Shown: positions 12,212 to 24,277, numbered from the whole stretch's first letter. The stretch: 63,914 nt of DNA, filler included, from Gonapodya sp. JEL0774 (GCA_027604505.1; 53 parts of 53 records of this genome joined end to end with filler, not necessarily neighbours in it), one strand, 5' to 3'. A program made the numbers and translations. The notes: generated by a model from the letters alone, not told the origin.

Positions 12212-13176
12212 CTTATCCTCCACCTCCCCAATAAGCTGTTCAATCTCCTCCACCTCGTCCGCCCACTTCTTGCTTTCCTTGTCCCCCTCTCCCGCTCCCT
12301 CTTCCTGCCCCACCTTCCCCTTCCCCTTCCCCTCCCCCGTTCCCACCTCCACCAACTCCCCCCTCCTCCTCTCCAACACCCCCCGCGCCCTCCTATACTC
12401 TTGCACGGCCTCGTCAACCTTGCCGTCGCTCTCGAGCGCGAGACCCAGCAGGTGGTGCACCTCGACCAGCTCGCGGGACGTCGGGGGAAGGTAGGATTGT
12501 TTGAGCGAGAGGGCCGAGGTGAAGGAGAGCACCGAGTGGGAGGGGTTGTCTGGGCGGGGGTGGGGTGAGAGGAGTAAGGGGTGAGAGGGGTGAGAGGGGT
12601 GAGAGCGATGAGAGCGGTGAGAGCGGTGAGAGCGGTGAGGGGTGAGAACAGAGGGGATGAAGAGAGGGTCGTGCGACGCGTGCATCAAGGCACCACACCA
12701 CACCACGTGCACGCTGAGAAAGAACGACGCGAAACCCACCATCCTCCAACCCCACCTCCCCCTGCACCATCAAACACTCTGCCAACTTTTTCTTCCCCTC
12801 GTGGCTCCCCTTGTCACCCTCGGCGCTCTCTCGTTCCACGACCTTCTCCAGCACGGTCCGCGCCACTTCGAGCACCTCCCAGGCCAGGGAAAAGTCGTCG
12901 TCGTCTTCGCCGGTGGAGATGGCGTCGTCGTCGGAGTCGGCATCGCCATCATCCCCATCTTCATCTTCGTCATCATCGTCCCCATCGTCCCCATTCTTGC
13001 CTTCCCCCTTCCCGCTCTCCCCCTCCCCCTCGCCCTCGCCCTCCCCCTTCCTGTCCCTCCTCCCTGCCTTGCCGTCAAACAACCCCGCACTCTGCACCGC
13101 CGTCTTGAGCAGACTCTTGCCGTACCAGAGGTACACGTCGGCAGAGTTGGGGGACAGGGGGCCGTGGAGGGCGTCG
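12212..13176 (-). CDS. NASP: SHNi-TPR histone chaperone NASP/Sim3/Hif1, internal fragment
   Basis: YLWYGKSLL, acidic insert, DDDFSLAWEVLEVAR, LAECLMVQGEVGLED, SRELVEVHHLLGLALE, EIEQLIGEVEDK. Confidence 0.88.
12577..12647. repeat. Intronic 9-bp tandem repeat (AGGGGTGAG/AGCGGTGAG, about 8 units)
   Basis: Directly visible inside a NASP intron. Confidence 0.85.
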
Positions 13177-13370
13177 CTGCGGGTGAACGGGTCGGGTTCG
13201 GGGAGGAGAAGGGGGAGATGAGGAGAAGGGGAGACATGGGAAGGAAAGGAGGTGGGGGTTTTCGTTCAGCNNNNNNNNNNNNNNNNNNNNNNNNNNNNNN
13301 NNNNNNNNNNNNNNTTAATTAATTAANNNNNNNNNNNNNNNNNNNNNNNNNNNNNNNNNNNNNNNNNNNN

Positions 13371-14091
13371 CTCAGCGAGGCTGGCTTCATGTTCGGCGTA
13401 CAATAGTACCATCTCCGACTGAGACACTGGTGCGCTACGCGACCGTGGCTCAGATGATGGTGCTGGCGGTAGTTTTGAGGAATCAGACTCTGCAGAATTT
13501 TCAGTGGTTCCGTCCAGTGCAGAAACGCGTCCGTCTTTTAGTGAGCCATCTGGTGCCAAAACGCCCACAGATGTCTCTGTCGGTAGAACGTAGTTGGAAT
13601 ATCGCAGACTGTCTCCTAGGAACTCGTCAAAATTACCGTGTCCCAAATCCCTGTTCAGATCAGCTCACTCACTCCTCCATGGCATTGAGATCCTCAATCA
13701 ACCTCCCTCGCTCCATCGCTAATTCCCTTTCTCGCGCCGTCCTTCGCGCTCCGCTGTTGCCTTTCGCACCAGGGGCGGGCCAAAACTCTCTCAACACATT
13801 TGCAAAGTCCCAGACTTGATTTGCATCATACGGCGGGTATCCAAACCATTGAGCGACCTTTTTAAGCTCTCGTTGACTGGATTTGTAGATTTGAAAGAGA
13901 TCACGGTCGGCAAGGGTAGATTTGGAGCGAGTAGTGGGGTGGTTGAGCGGGCACCGACGGGCGAGAAAGTGATGACCGATTGGAACGACGCCAGGATGCG
14001 ATGATCGCAGCAAGACCAGTGGGATAGAGTGCATGAGATTCTTCGGAAGCCTCGCGGAGCACAACATTTTCATCGTTGAAATAATCCGCAT
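13371..14091 (-). CDS. Hypothetical protein, two or more exons
   Basis: Open frames 13669-14091 and 13371-13646 joined by a short GTGAG...CAG intron. Confidence 0.4.
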
Positions 14092-14583
14092 ATATACTTA
14101 TCTAAGTTTTACGTCAAACGGAACCTGTATCGCAATTGTTGTGAAGAGAAAACGGATATTGTAAGACCTCATATTTTGAATGGGTCATGGATAGCTTGCT
14201 TAAAGTTCTGCATTTGCCAGCATTGAGCTTATGAGCGATCAGATGGTCCCCCAACCGGAGGGCATAGTCAGGCTCATCGAATACCAGCTCTCTTTTTCGC
14301 GGTTTCTTCCCGCTTCTGCTTCTCTATCTCCCTTCGCCCTTGATCCGCTATCCACCGCTCCTTTCGCCGTTCACCTTTCGACTTCGGTACCGCCACAGTA
14401 CTCCCTTTGGGTGGCTCTGCCGCTGGATGCAAGAACTTGGTTCGAAGATGTTTGACTATCCGAGTGTGATACATTGGTATCCANNNNNNNNNNNNNNNNN
14501 NNNNNNNNNNNNNNNNNNNNNNNNNNNTTAATTAATTAANNNNNNNNNNNNNNNNNNNNNNNNNNNNNNNNNNNNNNNNNNNN

Positions 14584-15696
14584 GAAGTCTCCCTCCGCCG
14601 CCAACACTGCATCCGCATCTCCACCGGCTCAAAAGAGCTCGACAAGCTGATCGGTGGAGGGATAGAGAGTGAGTTGTGTTCTGCCCGAGGATCGTGGTTC
14701 GATACCTAACCTTTGTACGTCATCTGCTCCACCCTACATATAGCAATGTCCATCACCGAAGCGTTCGGAGAGTTCCGTACCGTACGTATCACGCTGCTTG
14801 GCATTTTTCTCCGTCTCTCGATGCCCGTGCTCCTTGATCGATCCCGCAATATCTCAAGCACGTTGCATCATCTCTCCACCCCACGCTCGCACCAGGGCAA
14901 GACCCAGCTCTCTCACACCCTATGTGTGACATGTCAGTTGCCAAGATGTGCGTATCGAAGCAGCAAAGTTTTTGGCTTCTCCCTTTTGTTTTTTCTCCTT
15001 CGATCTCTCATTCCGTCGTCCGTTTGCCCACCTATCGCTCACTGGTCCTCTCCACCAACGGATACCGCCCCATTCAGCCATGGGAGGCGCCGAGGGGAAG
15101 GTGGCTTTCATCGACACTGAGAACACGTTCAGGCCCGATCGTGAGTTTTTCTGTAACCACCACTGTTTCCGTTTGATCTCCATTGAAAGAAACCATTCGC
15201 CACGTGCCGTTGCATTCGTACTTCTTTCGCGCAATATACACTGATCCATGTTCACGCCGCCTTGGCCTCCCTGCAATCTCCACCGAAACTACCGCTGTCA
15301 TCCATCGCACTCAACAAAACCGTATGTACACCACGTCCCAAAGGCATCGAGAAAATTGCCGCAAGGTTCGGTGTTGACGGAGAGGCTTGTAAAGAAAACG
15401 TGCGCACTCGTATCCACGTATCGCACTTCCCGTTTGTTCTGCGATTTCCCACACCCTCTTGTTGTTTCCGATCATCTCACCCAGATCCTCGTCGCGCGCG
15501 CGTTCAACTCGGAACACCAGAACGACCTTATCTACGAGCTGGGTGCCAGGTTTGCCGAAGAGCGAGGCGCGTTTCGGTTGTTGGTGAGTTCACCGTGTTC
15601 TTCCTCCTCCGGCCAAAGCGCATTTGTCCGTTGTTCCCGCCCCCTCGTCCTCACCTTCGTGCCTCCTCCTTCCACCCACCACAAACTAGATCATCG
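14584..15696 (+). CDS. DMC1: Meiotic recombinase Dmc1, internal fragment with many short exons
   Basis: ISTGSKELDKLIGGGIE, MSITEAFGEFRT/GKTQLSHTLCVTCQLP, KVAFIDTENTFRPDR, ARAFNSEHQ, FAEERGAFRLL; MSITEAFGEFR, DTENTF and SEHQ favour DMC1 over RAD51. Confidence 0.92.
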
Positions 15697-15795
15697 NNNN
15701 NNNNNNNNNNNNNNNNNNNNNNNNNNNNNNNNNNNNNNNNTTAATTAATTAANNNNNNNNNNNNNNNNNNNNNNNNNNNNNNNNNNNNNNNNNNN

Positions 15796-16019
15796 NAGCA
15801 AGAAAATGGGGAATTCTAAGTGTTTAAAGTGCCTAGTTACAAATTCAAAGTTTTGGACCCTTTCGCCAGTTTCGGCCCAAAAAGCCCCCTTTTCACAGGG
15901 GTAACTGTACTTCCTCACTCACAAAAAACAATTTACTATATATGGGGAGTGTGTTGGGAGAGTTTGGGACAGTTTGGATGGGGTCACACAATCGATTCAC
16001 ATTCACACACCCCTAGTAG
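15796..16019 (+). mobile_element. Terminus of a dispersed non-coding repeat (copy 1), probable DNA-transposon end
   Basis: About 220 nt reverse-complement similar to 46617-46838; similarity stops sharply after CACACCCCTAGTAG. Confidence 0.75.
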
Positions 16020-16707
16020 TATATATATGACTACCTGCATATATCCCTCGACTGTGGTCAACCCAGGTGCCGGTACACCACAACACTCTGACACTGAGCG
16101 CTTACATCTGCTAACCCCCTCAGGTCTATCTTGAGAAGTAAAATACAACAATCATGTATATTCAAAGTGAATTTGCTATGGACCAGCAAAGACCACGGTT
16201 ATCTGATGAGGGTAAGCTTGGTGGTGTCCTCGCATTGAACGTTGAAGCTTCAACACGATGCCGACACTGAACCCGACCACCAATCTGCGGCGGTCCATCG
16301 GGATTCTGTAGATCAAATACAACACTACAATTGATACTAAGTATATTTACCAATCCAGCAGCTTTTTGACAGAAGATTGCGAGTCTTCTCCAAAATGCGA
16401 AGACTCAATGCCAACAACGAAGAGGGACAAATATCAACTTCTGAAGGGGTAGGGGCGAGGCCGCTGATGCACATGAACAGATCTATCCGCCTGTCATAGG
16501 CCGCCGACAATATCTCTCTAAACCCCACCCGGTCATCTATCTTTCAGACCAACCGTGACGGCATGCACTACCATAGCCTGGTCAAGGAAATCCGAGGATG
16601 TAGTTAGGGAGACATTTGTCTTGTGAATACGATGCTTTTTTTCTTTTTTTTCTATCTTATTTTTGCGGCTTCCAGAGGGGAGGGAAACATTTTTATTGAG
16701 GGGTCTC

Positions 16708-16902
16708 GGCTTCCCCTGTAGGGGGGGAAGCCCGGGAAGCCGGAATTTAGTGCTAAATTCCAACGTCCGCTATATAGGATTCTCTTCAGTTGATGTCCAA
16801 GAAGGATAAAGCTATGAGCGAGCGAGTTACTCGCTCATTTTTTTGCAACTCGTCACTCGCTCGCTCAGATATATTTTGAATTCAACTCGTAACTAACTCG
16901 CT
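16708..16902. repeat. Cluster of hairpins and inverted repeats
   Basis: GGCTTCCCC/GGGGAAGCC (16708-16732); GGAATTTAG-TG-CTAAATTCC (16742-16761); perfect 13-bp IR TGAGCGAGCGAGT (16815-16827) / ACTCGCTCGCTCA (16855-16867); further ACTCGCTC copies. Confidence 0.8.
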
Positions 16903-17009
16903 CTTTTTTNNNNNNNNNNNNNNNNNNNNNNNNNNNNNNNNNNNNNNNNNNNNTTAATTAATTAANNNNNNNNNNNNNNNNNNNNNNNNNNNNNNNNNNN
17001 NNNNNNNNN

Positions 17010-18121
17010 TTGTCCCTCCTGTTCTTGATCCCCTTCACCGCGCGGAGGAATCCGCTCGCGTTTTCGCTGGCCAAGTCGTCGAAGTAGGACTGAAACAGCG
17101 AGGCGCGCTTTTTCAGCGCGCCCGCCCTATATGTTCCAGCTTTCTTCGCCGCCTCAGCTTGCAACTTCCGCGACGCGGATGGCGCCTCGTCTTCCAGCGC
17201 TGACCGCCGGGCCTTCCTCACCGCCTCTTCCAACTCACGTAGGTCATGAGCGAGATGCCCATCGTCTTCGAAATCCTCGGCGATCCTATTCGACCACTCC
17301 AAGTATCCGATGGATTTCTCCGCGGCGTTTTTGATGGCATCGTAGAGGGTGGAGGCGAGGTTGTCAATGTGTGGTTGACAATCGGTCAGGCCACCGGCAC
17401 GGGTGAGTGCCCACTCAACAGCTTCACATCTCGACTTCATCTCTCCCAAATCCGAATTCGCCTCCAGCGCCTCGACGTAACGTTTTCTCGCCTGAGGACG
17501 TTGCAATTTCCTGATGTTCCATCGCCTGATATGTTTGTCAAGTAGAGGTGGTCCCCGGTCAATAGAAAATGTAATGGGGGCATGGTCACTGCCCCCAAGA
17601 GATTCCTGTTCATGCACGCGCATATCCTTAATTGGGAACGTCGAGAGTAAAATGTCCGGGATCCCTTTGCCCCCTCTCCTCCCGAAGGAAGTCCATTTCC
17701 CCTCCACCGGTTTGACCACTGAGAAGACTGAGTGGTCCAGCGCTTCCTCCAGCATCGTCCCCCTCCTGTTCGTCATCGAATCTCCTGAGAGTTCCTCGGA
17801 GCGGGCGTTGAGGTCCCCACAGATGAGAACGTCCCGGCCAGGTGCCGCACCCGATGCGCCGGCCCATCTCTCCCCAATTCGCACCAAATCCACGATTAGT
17901 TGATCCGGGTCCGATGGGGCGATGTATGCAAATATAACGATTGTCCCATTGAGATCCAGGACTACCGCTCGTTTGCCTAAGTCCAGCCCCATTTCCCGGC
18001 TCGCTCCCATTGCTGCCGCATTCCACGCCGTCACCAAGATCCCCCGGTCGAATTTCTTCCCGCCGGCCCGATAGCCTTTTCTTTCATTTGTAATATTCGA
18101 AATCGATTGCCCAAGGGGGGG
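17010..18121 (-). mobile_element. Non-LTR (LINE) retrotransposon ORF2: APE endonuclease domain and linker toward RT
   Basis: Intronless frame with AYIAP, LICGDLNAR, TNRRG, WTS, PDILL and GSDHAPI motifs followed by RWNIRKL. Confidence 0.9.
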
Positions 18122-18221
18122 NNNNNNNNNNNNNNNNNNNNNNNNNNNNNNNNNNNNNNNNNNNNTTAATTAATTAANNNNNNNNNNNNNNNNNNNNNNN
18201 NNNNNNNNNNNNNNNNNNNNN

Positions 18222-18739
18222 GCTCATGCATCTGACTTCAAATTATCACATTGATCTTATCCCAAAATGTGTACAAAACCATTCACGACCAGAACTTTTC
18301 CGAAGTGCTCTTACCAGTCATCTTTCCTCGCCATTCGCGCACTCCCTTTCAATTGGCTGTTGCTAAAGCTGCCGCCACTTCGGTTGCTCTGTCCATCACC
18401 ACCACACAGCTCCTCTGCAAATTATTTGGCTCCGCCCAAGACGTGTCCCTATGGGATGAAATGCTGGGTGGTCTGATGGACGCAACCGTATTCCATGGTG
18501 TCCCGCGCCTGTTCCTCTTCTCCGATGCGGATAGAGTGATGGACGCTGAGTACATACAAGGGCTTGCAAGCGATATTGCGGCGAAAGGTTTCCCTGTGGC
18601 AACAAAGCGATTCAAAACTTCAGAACATGTGAGACATCGTGTTGACTTCCCTCGAGAGTACTGGGGATCGATAGAGAAGTATTTGTTTGATGTCGAGAAT
18701 ATTACCAGGACTCAGGAATTGTTTGTTGCGAGGTTGTGA
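18222..18739 (+). CDS. TMEM53/DUF829 alpha/beta-hydrolase-fold protein, C-terminus, ending in PTS1-like ARL
   Basis: PRLFLFSDADRVM...KRFKTSEHVRHRVDFPREYW fits DUF829; stop follows ARL. Confidence 0.82.
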
Positions 18740-18902
18740 GATCTTTGGATCACAGCCGTAGCAATCATAGCAGGATGATATGTAATGCGGGCGTAACGTA
18801 GAGTATTAGACTATATGTATGTAATAGAATGCGTCAAGGTTCGAGGACCACCGTTTGGCTGATCATAGAAGTACGAACATCACGTTCAACGGTGTTTCGG
18901 CA

Positions 18903-19333
18903 ATGGAGGGGGGCACCAGCGAGCCCCTGAGCGGCGATCAAACCCAAGCTTCGAGTACTGCCAACGCTGGGTCTACAGGGGCGGGATCGGCGGCCGATGG
19001 CTTGAGTGTCGGGGTGGCCGTTGAAATCCATGGAAACACGGGCATTCTCCGCTATGTTGGAGCCACCGAGTTCGCGAGTGGAAGATGGGTTGGAATTGAA
19101 CTGGATAACCCTGTTGGTGAGTTCAATCGGCTGCAGATCCTTCGGTTCTTCGTGGTTTCTGACTTGACCACCCCTACAATCAATGAAAATGAAGGCAAAA
19201 ACGACGGTTCTGTGATGGGCAAACGCTATTTTCAATGTCGACCGCTTTATGGAGTCTTTGTCCGGGCATCCCAAGTCAAAATCCTTCCTCTCGCGGCTCC
19301 TCCTCCGAAAGCTCCGACCCCGACACTTTCACC
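18903..19333 (+). CDS. DCTN1: CAP-Gly protein, probably dynactin p150 N-terminus; intron 19117-19194
   Basis: GILRYVGATEFASGRWVGIELDNPV/GKNDGSVMGKRYFQC...GVFVRASQV; N-terminal CAP-Gly followed by a Pro-rich region. Confidence 0.75.
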
Positions 19334-19522
19334 NNNNNNNNNNNNNNNNNNNNNNNNNNNNNNNNNNNNNNNNNNNNTTAATTAATTAANNNNNNNNNNN
19401 NNNNNNNNNNNNNNNNNNNNNNNNNNNNNNNNNGGAGTTCGGCTTTGTGTGAACATATCTAGAGAACACAGTTTCACAAAATGTAATTCCAAATGTTGGC
19501 TCAATTCCCAGAGCCTGTGAAC

Positions 19523-20426
19523 TTACGCGGATACAACGTATCTTATGCCTCCGAACTTCTTTGACCAAAACGAGCTCGGAAGAGGCTTGGGTCCATGTTC
19601 AACAAAGGCCCTGTCCTCGACGTTTGTCTCCAGAGGAACTGGGACTTTGAAAGAGAACACCGTCATTCCTTTCTTTGCTAGGAAGAATCCCGCATTGTCA
19701 GGACGACTGGGAACAACAGCGTCCTTGGAAGAGCGAAAAAGTGATTGGTGGTCATCAGTGCACACTTACGCCATAATCGTCGTAAAGTACTTACAGATGG
19801 TGCAGTGTCACTGGCCTGGAGAACTAGTGCGGATGCAGCGAACTTCCTGCGTGCAACTTTTGTTTTGAGGGTCTTGTCCGCGACCTCTGTAACAAATACC
19901 AGAAATGTGAATACTTTCATTGTTGATTCTTGTTGTGACTGGTCGAAGAACAACCTTCGTATCCGATGACCTCGATAATGATATCGCCGATGCGCATTTT
20001 CTTTCCAGTTCGGCACTCGATCTCGAGTCGCCCTTCGATCGGTTGGCCCGCGAGGTACACGTCTCTGTCGAGCCACATGGCGGTCTTGATGTACGAATTC
20101 TTTGTCAACGGTTTCGCGAATGATGGTACCGCGTCAAACCCGTTGCTCGTGGGAGTGAGAGTTCCATATGTCTCAAACTCTGGTGCGAGATTCGTAACCG
20201 GTACCGTAGCAAGCGATACAGTGCGGCTAATTGTGGATGGCATGCTCCTTCGAGAGAAATTCGTGCTGGCAGCCGTCGCGTCGCGATTGATGACCATCGT
20301 TCCACGTGATGCTGGACCCGCCGACGCGCTTCGTTTCATCGATGATATGCGGACCGAAGGTTCTGGTTCAACACATGGGTCTGCGTAGAGACGCGAAGGG
20401 CTCCAGGCTTGATGGGACGCGTTCAT
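19523..20426 (-). CDS. Arrestin-N domain protein (partial)
   Basis: DVYLAGQPIEGRLEI...IIEVIGYE, GMTVFSFKVPVP, LPSSFW..KFGGIRYVVSA. Confidence 0.78.
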
Positions 20427-20644
20427 TTCCGCGATGATGATTATTTGGAATTTTCTCGACGGGGTTAATCTTTCGAAACAACACCAAAATATGCACTTCT
20501 TCAAAACTACCAAGACATTGTCACAACGTGTTACAAAGCAGATGNNNNNNNNNNNNNNNNNNNNNNNNNNNNNNNNNNNNNNNNNNNNTTAATTAATTAA
20601 NNNNNNNNNNNNNNNNNNNNNNNNNNNNNNNNNNNNNNNNNNNN

Positions 20645-21755
20645 GACAATACATGCCACTCACTATCCACTGCGATGACTTCTGATGCCCCAAATCTCTG
20701 CATGGCACCTGCAGGCAGGAGGTCAAAATAGCCTCCATCCTTGATGAAGATTCTCTTACTAAGACGCGTTCAGAAACACCAACGTCTCCCTGAATCACTC
20801 ACCATCAGCATATTGCCTTCTTCATCCACCACTGGAGGAAACATTGCTGCAAGACCCATCGCTGCTCTGACGGCTCGCCACGCACTACCGTGTTCGATGT
20901 AAAGATGTCGGGATTTGGTAATATCTAAGGTTCAGAAGAAATCAATTTACCGCATGATTATTATCGACAGAAAAATTTCATCTCACCTACAACATTGCAA
21001 AAATATGGAATCCAAAGATCTTCGATGTTTAAATCTTTGGGTATCACCCGTTGCAAAATTTGGTTGAATTGTTTTCCTACCATCGAGTCGGCCGCTAAAA
21101 TTGGTGAGTAGGCAGCACTGTTCATTTAGCAACCAAGAAGTGCTCATCTCACCTTTGAGAAACGCGATTGAGGGTAATGTCAAATCCAGAAGCATACGCA
21201 GTGTGCTGTTCAGCCGCCAGTAACAGTATCTTAACTTGTTGGTAGCATCTTCCAGACTACCATGTTTGGCTAAGAGCTGGTCGAGAGGTACCAGTGATCA
21301 TGTCGAAAACCAGTTTTTCTGAATTCAAAAGCTTCCACTCACCACCCCAATTAATGCTCCAATAGATGTGCCGGCGATGAAGTCGGGATAAATTCGATGT
21401 TCCTCAAGTGCTCGAAGGACCCCAAGGTGAGCGCTCCCTTTTGCACCACCGCCCCCCAGAACGATCCCCACGGACTTGTTTCTGGAGAGCAAGTCGGACA
21501 AAGCGCTCGCTAAGCCAAGAACCAAGTGAAAACACATATGGAAAGACAGAGAACTCACAGCAGTCGTCGAGCCAGACGGGCAAAGTCAGAACCACGATCT
21601 CTGGAGATGTCGCCGTGGGCATCCCTAGAAACTCCAGCGATATCCCACAATCTCTTAAGAGGCTGGATATTGGCCTGGAGTGGTTCTGGCAGCTTCGCAA
21701 GGAAATCATCAATCCTGGGACGGAAATCTGGAAGCTGTAATTGAGGGAATTCTGG
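20645..21755 (-). CDS. NTE1: Patatin-like lysophospholipase, NTE1/PNPLA6-7 family (partial)
   Basis: [27 protein letters not shown] nucleophile, [23 protein letters not shown]. Confidence 0.8.
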
Positions 21756-21855
21756 NNNNNNNNNNNNNNNNNNNNNNNNNNNNNNNNNNNNNNNNNNNNT
21801 TAATTAATTAANNNNNNNNNNNNNNNNNNNNNNNNNNNNNNNNNNNNNNNNNNNN

Positions 21856-22966
21856 GCCAGTACAATTGAGACCATTGCTGGGGAGGATTCTTGATCTGGG
21901 TGAGTCGGAGTCGGGAAAAGGGGTGGGCATGAAGGAAACAACGCCCATCCATATTCTCCTCTCGAATCTAACACGCAGGCATGGGCTACTACGTCGGCAT
22001 GTCCCTCCTCTGCGTATTTTTTACCAATTCCATCAATCTCGTCGCCGGCATCAACGGTGTCGAAGTCGCCACGTCGCTCGTCATTGGAATCTCTGTCCTC
22101 ATCAACGATGCCATGTATTTGGTACCCGGTGCGACAGTTGATGCGAGGGCGATTGCGAGCCACTCTTTTTCGAGCTATATGCTGTTGCCGTTTGTAGGTG
22201 TGAGCGGGGGTTTGTTGGTCTGGAACTGGTTAGTCTGCGTCCGAACACATTGGGTGCAGGACGAATTCGAAGTCACGACGCATAAACTGTAACCGAAGGG
22301 GCCGATTTTGTCTGCTCAGGTACCCCTCCCATTGCTTTGTTGGAGATACATATACCTACTTTGCCGGAATTACTTTCGCTTCTGGTGGGCACATTGAAAC
22401 TTCGCATCGCTGAACTGCTGACTACACTCGCCATTTGGGGTAGTCGCCGTCCTGTCTCATTTTTCCAAAACCATGATACTATTCTTTATCCCTCAACTCT
22501 TCAATTTCGTATTCTCCCTCCCCCAATTGTTCCGAATCGTGCCGTGCCCGAGGCACAGGCTTCCAAAGTGAGTGACTGTACTGCGATCGCCCCCCCAGTT
22601 GCAATTCGTGCTGATGTATCGCTACTCTCGGGGGTTCGTGACCAGGTACATACCCGAAAAGGATCACCTGATCCCCTCACGCACCGAGTTCTCCTTCACC
22701 CAGGCGAAACCCCCGTCAACACTCATCCGCCTCATTCTCCGAACGTTTGAACTCTTTGGCCTTATTGATGTCCTGTACGACCCTGAAACCGGCTTTCCCA
22801 CGTCGTGTACCAACTTCACCATACTGTGCTTCCTTCTCAACCGGTTCGGACCCATGCACGAGCGGACATTGTGCATTGCGGTGGTGGCGGTGCAGGTACT
22901 GGGAAGCTGCGTGGCTTTTGCTGTAAGATATGGTGTGGCAGGATGGTTTTATGATGTGGATGTGAA
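21856..22966 (+). CDS. ALG7: UDP-GlcNAc:dolichyl-phosphate GlcNAc-1-P transferase, C-terminal half
   Basis: [60 protein letters not shown]...GPMHE. Confidence 0.96.
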
Positions 22967-23329
22967 NNNNNNNNNNNNNNNNNNNNNNNNNNNNNNNNNN
23001 NNNNNNNNNNTTAATTAATTAANNNNNNNNNNNNNNNNNNNNNNNNNNNNNNNNNNNNNNNNNNNNTTCAGTTTATACTGCCACTCCTCGTACTCGATTC
23101 CGAGCCATTCTCTAAGATTGACATTCAACGCGGCAGGCTGCAGGTCACCAAATAATCACCGTGAGGGGGTGATCGTGTTGCAGAAAGAGCGTTGGACCTT
23201 GAACCCACCATATCATAACTGTCATGAGTTGTAATCAATCCAAAGTCGTCCATTGCTTTCAATTAATCTTCTTCCTATTGTCTGAGCCCCCTTCTCGTCG
23301 GTCTTCTCACCAGTAATAGGTTCCGAGTA

Positions 23330-24177
23330 CACAAATGCACAGCGCCGCGAGCATTCTCCAATGCTGTGAAGCACTCGGTGGCTCCTTTGACAGTCGTTCC
23401 ATCGTATTCCAAATGTTTGACGATTGCCACCATGTCAATCCGCACCTGGCGGGCGGCTGGGAGGGCGATTTGGTATTGGGGTTGCTTTTCGGTCACCACC
23501 GCGACTTTGCTCAAAGTGCACTTGTACCTGCATTGGAGTTCTGGATGGAACACGCAAACTACATTTGAAACAGAACTTGATCAATTAAATTTACAAGTTC
23601 AATAATGGTCTCGGACTTTTCGACATTTTGCACACCTGCATACCTCACTCATTTTGGAAGCATTGTACACAGATTTGGCAACAGACAAGTTAGATGCTCA
23701 AACTGTACTGTGTGGTTGTTGTCGATTTCTGCTGTGGATGTCTTATGGGGAAGAAATGGGAAGATTCAGATATTCATCCCCACAGTCATTACCAAACATC
23801 CCACCGAAGCCGCTTTCCGGACATGACAGTGAACATCAGCGCGCCGCCCGCAAGCACCCAACGATCTCAAGTTGCTGTCAGCGACTCCGTGTCGAGCTCC
23901 ACTCCACCTTACCTTGCCAGTGTAGAAACGTTTCTCCGCTCCGTTGCCGGGCCAATATCCACGTATTTGGACCACGAATCGTCTATCAGGTGCTATGAAA
24001 AACTTCTGAATGGAGAACGAAGATCCAGCTTTCACGGGCTTGAGGTTCGTTCGTGCGAAACCGTTGTTGATGTCCACAACAAGCTTTTCACCGAATTATC
24101 CAACACTCCGGGCATCGAAGGCCGATAAGATGCGTGAAATAGTCCGAGATCTTAAATCTCAACAACGCCAAGCCATC
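23330..24177 (+). CDS. Hypothetical multi-exon protein
   Basis: Successive open frames separated by splice-like signals; no family recognised. Confidence 0.3.
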
Positions 24178-24277
24178 NNNNNNNNNNNNNNNNNNNNNNN
24201 NNNNNNNNNNNNNNNNNNNNNTTAATTAATTAANNNNNNNNNNNNNNNNNNNNNNNNNNNNNNNNNNNNNNNNNNNN

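Noticed and set aside
16815..16867. GAGC repeats as a parvovirus (AAV-like) Rep-binding ITR
   Set aside because: Only a short motif resemblance; no T-shaped ITR or Rep ORF
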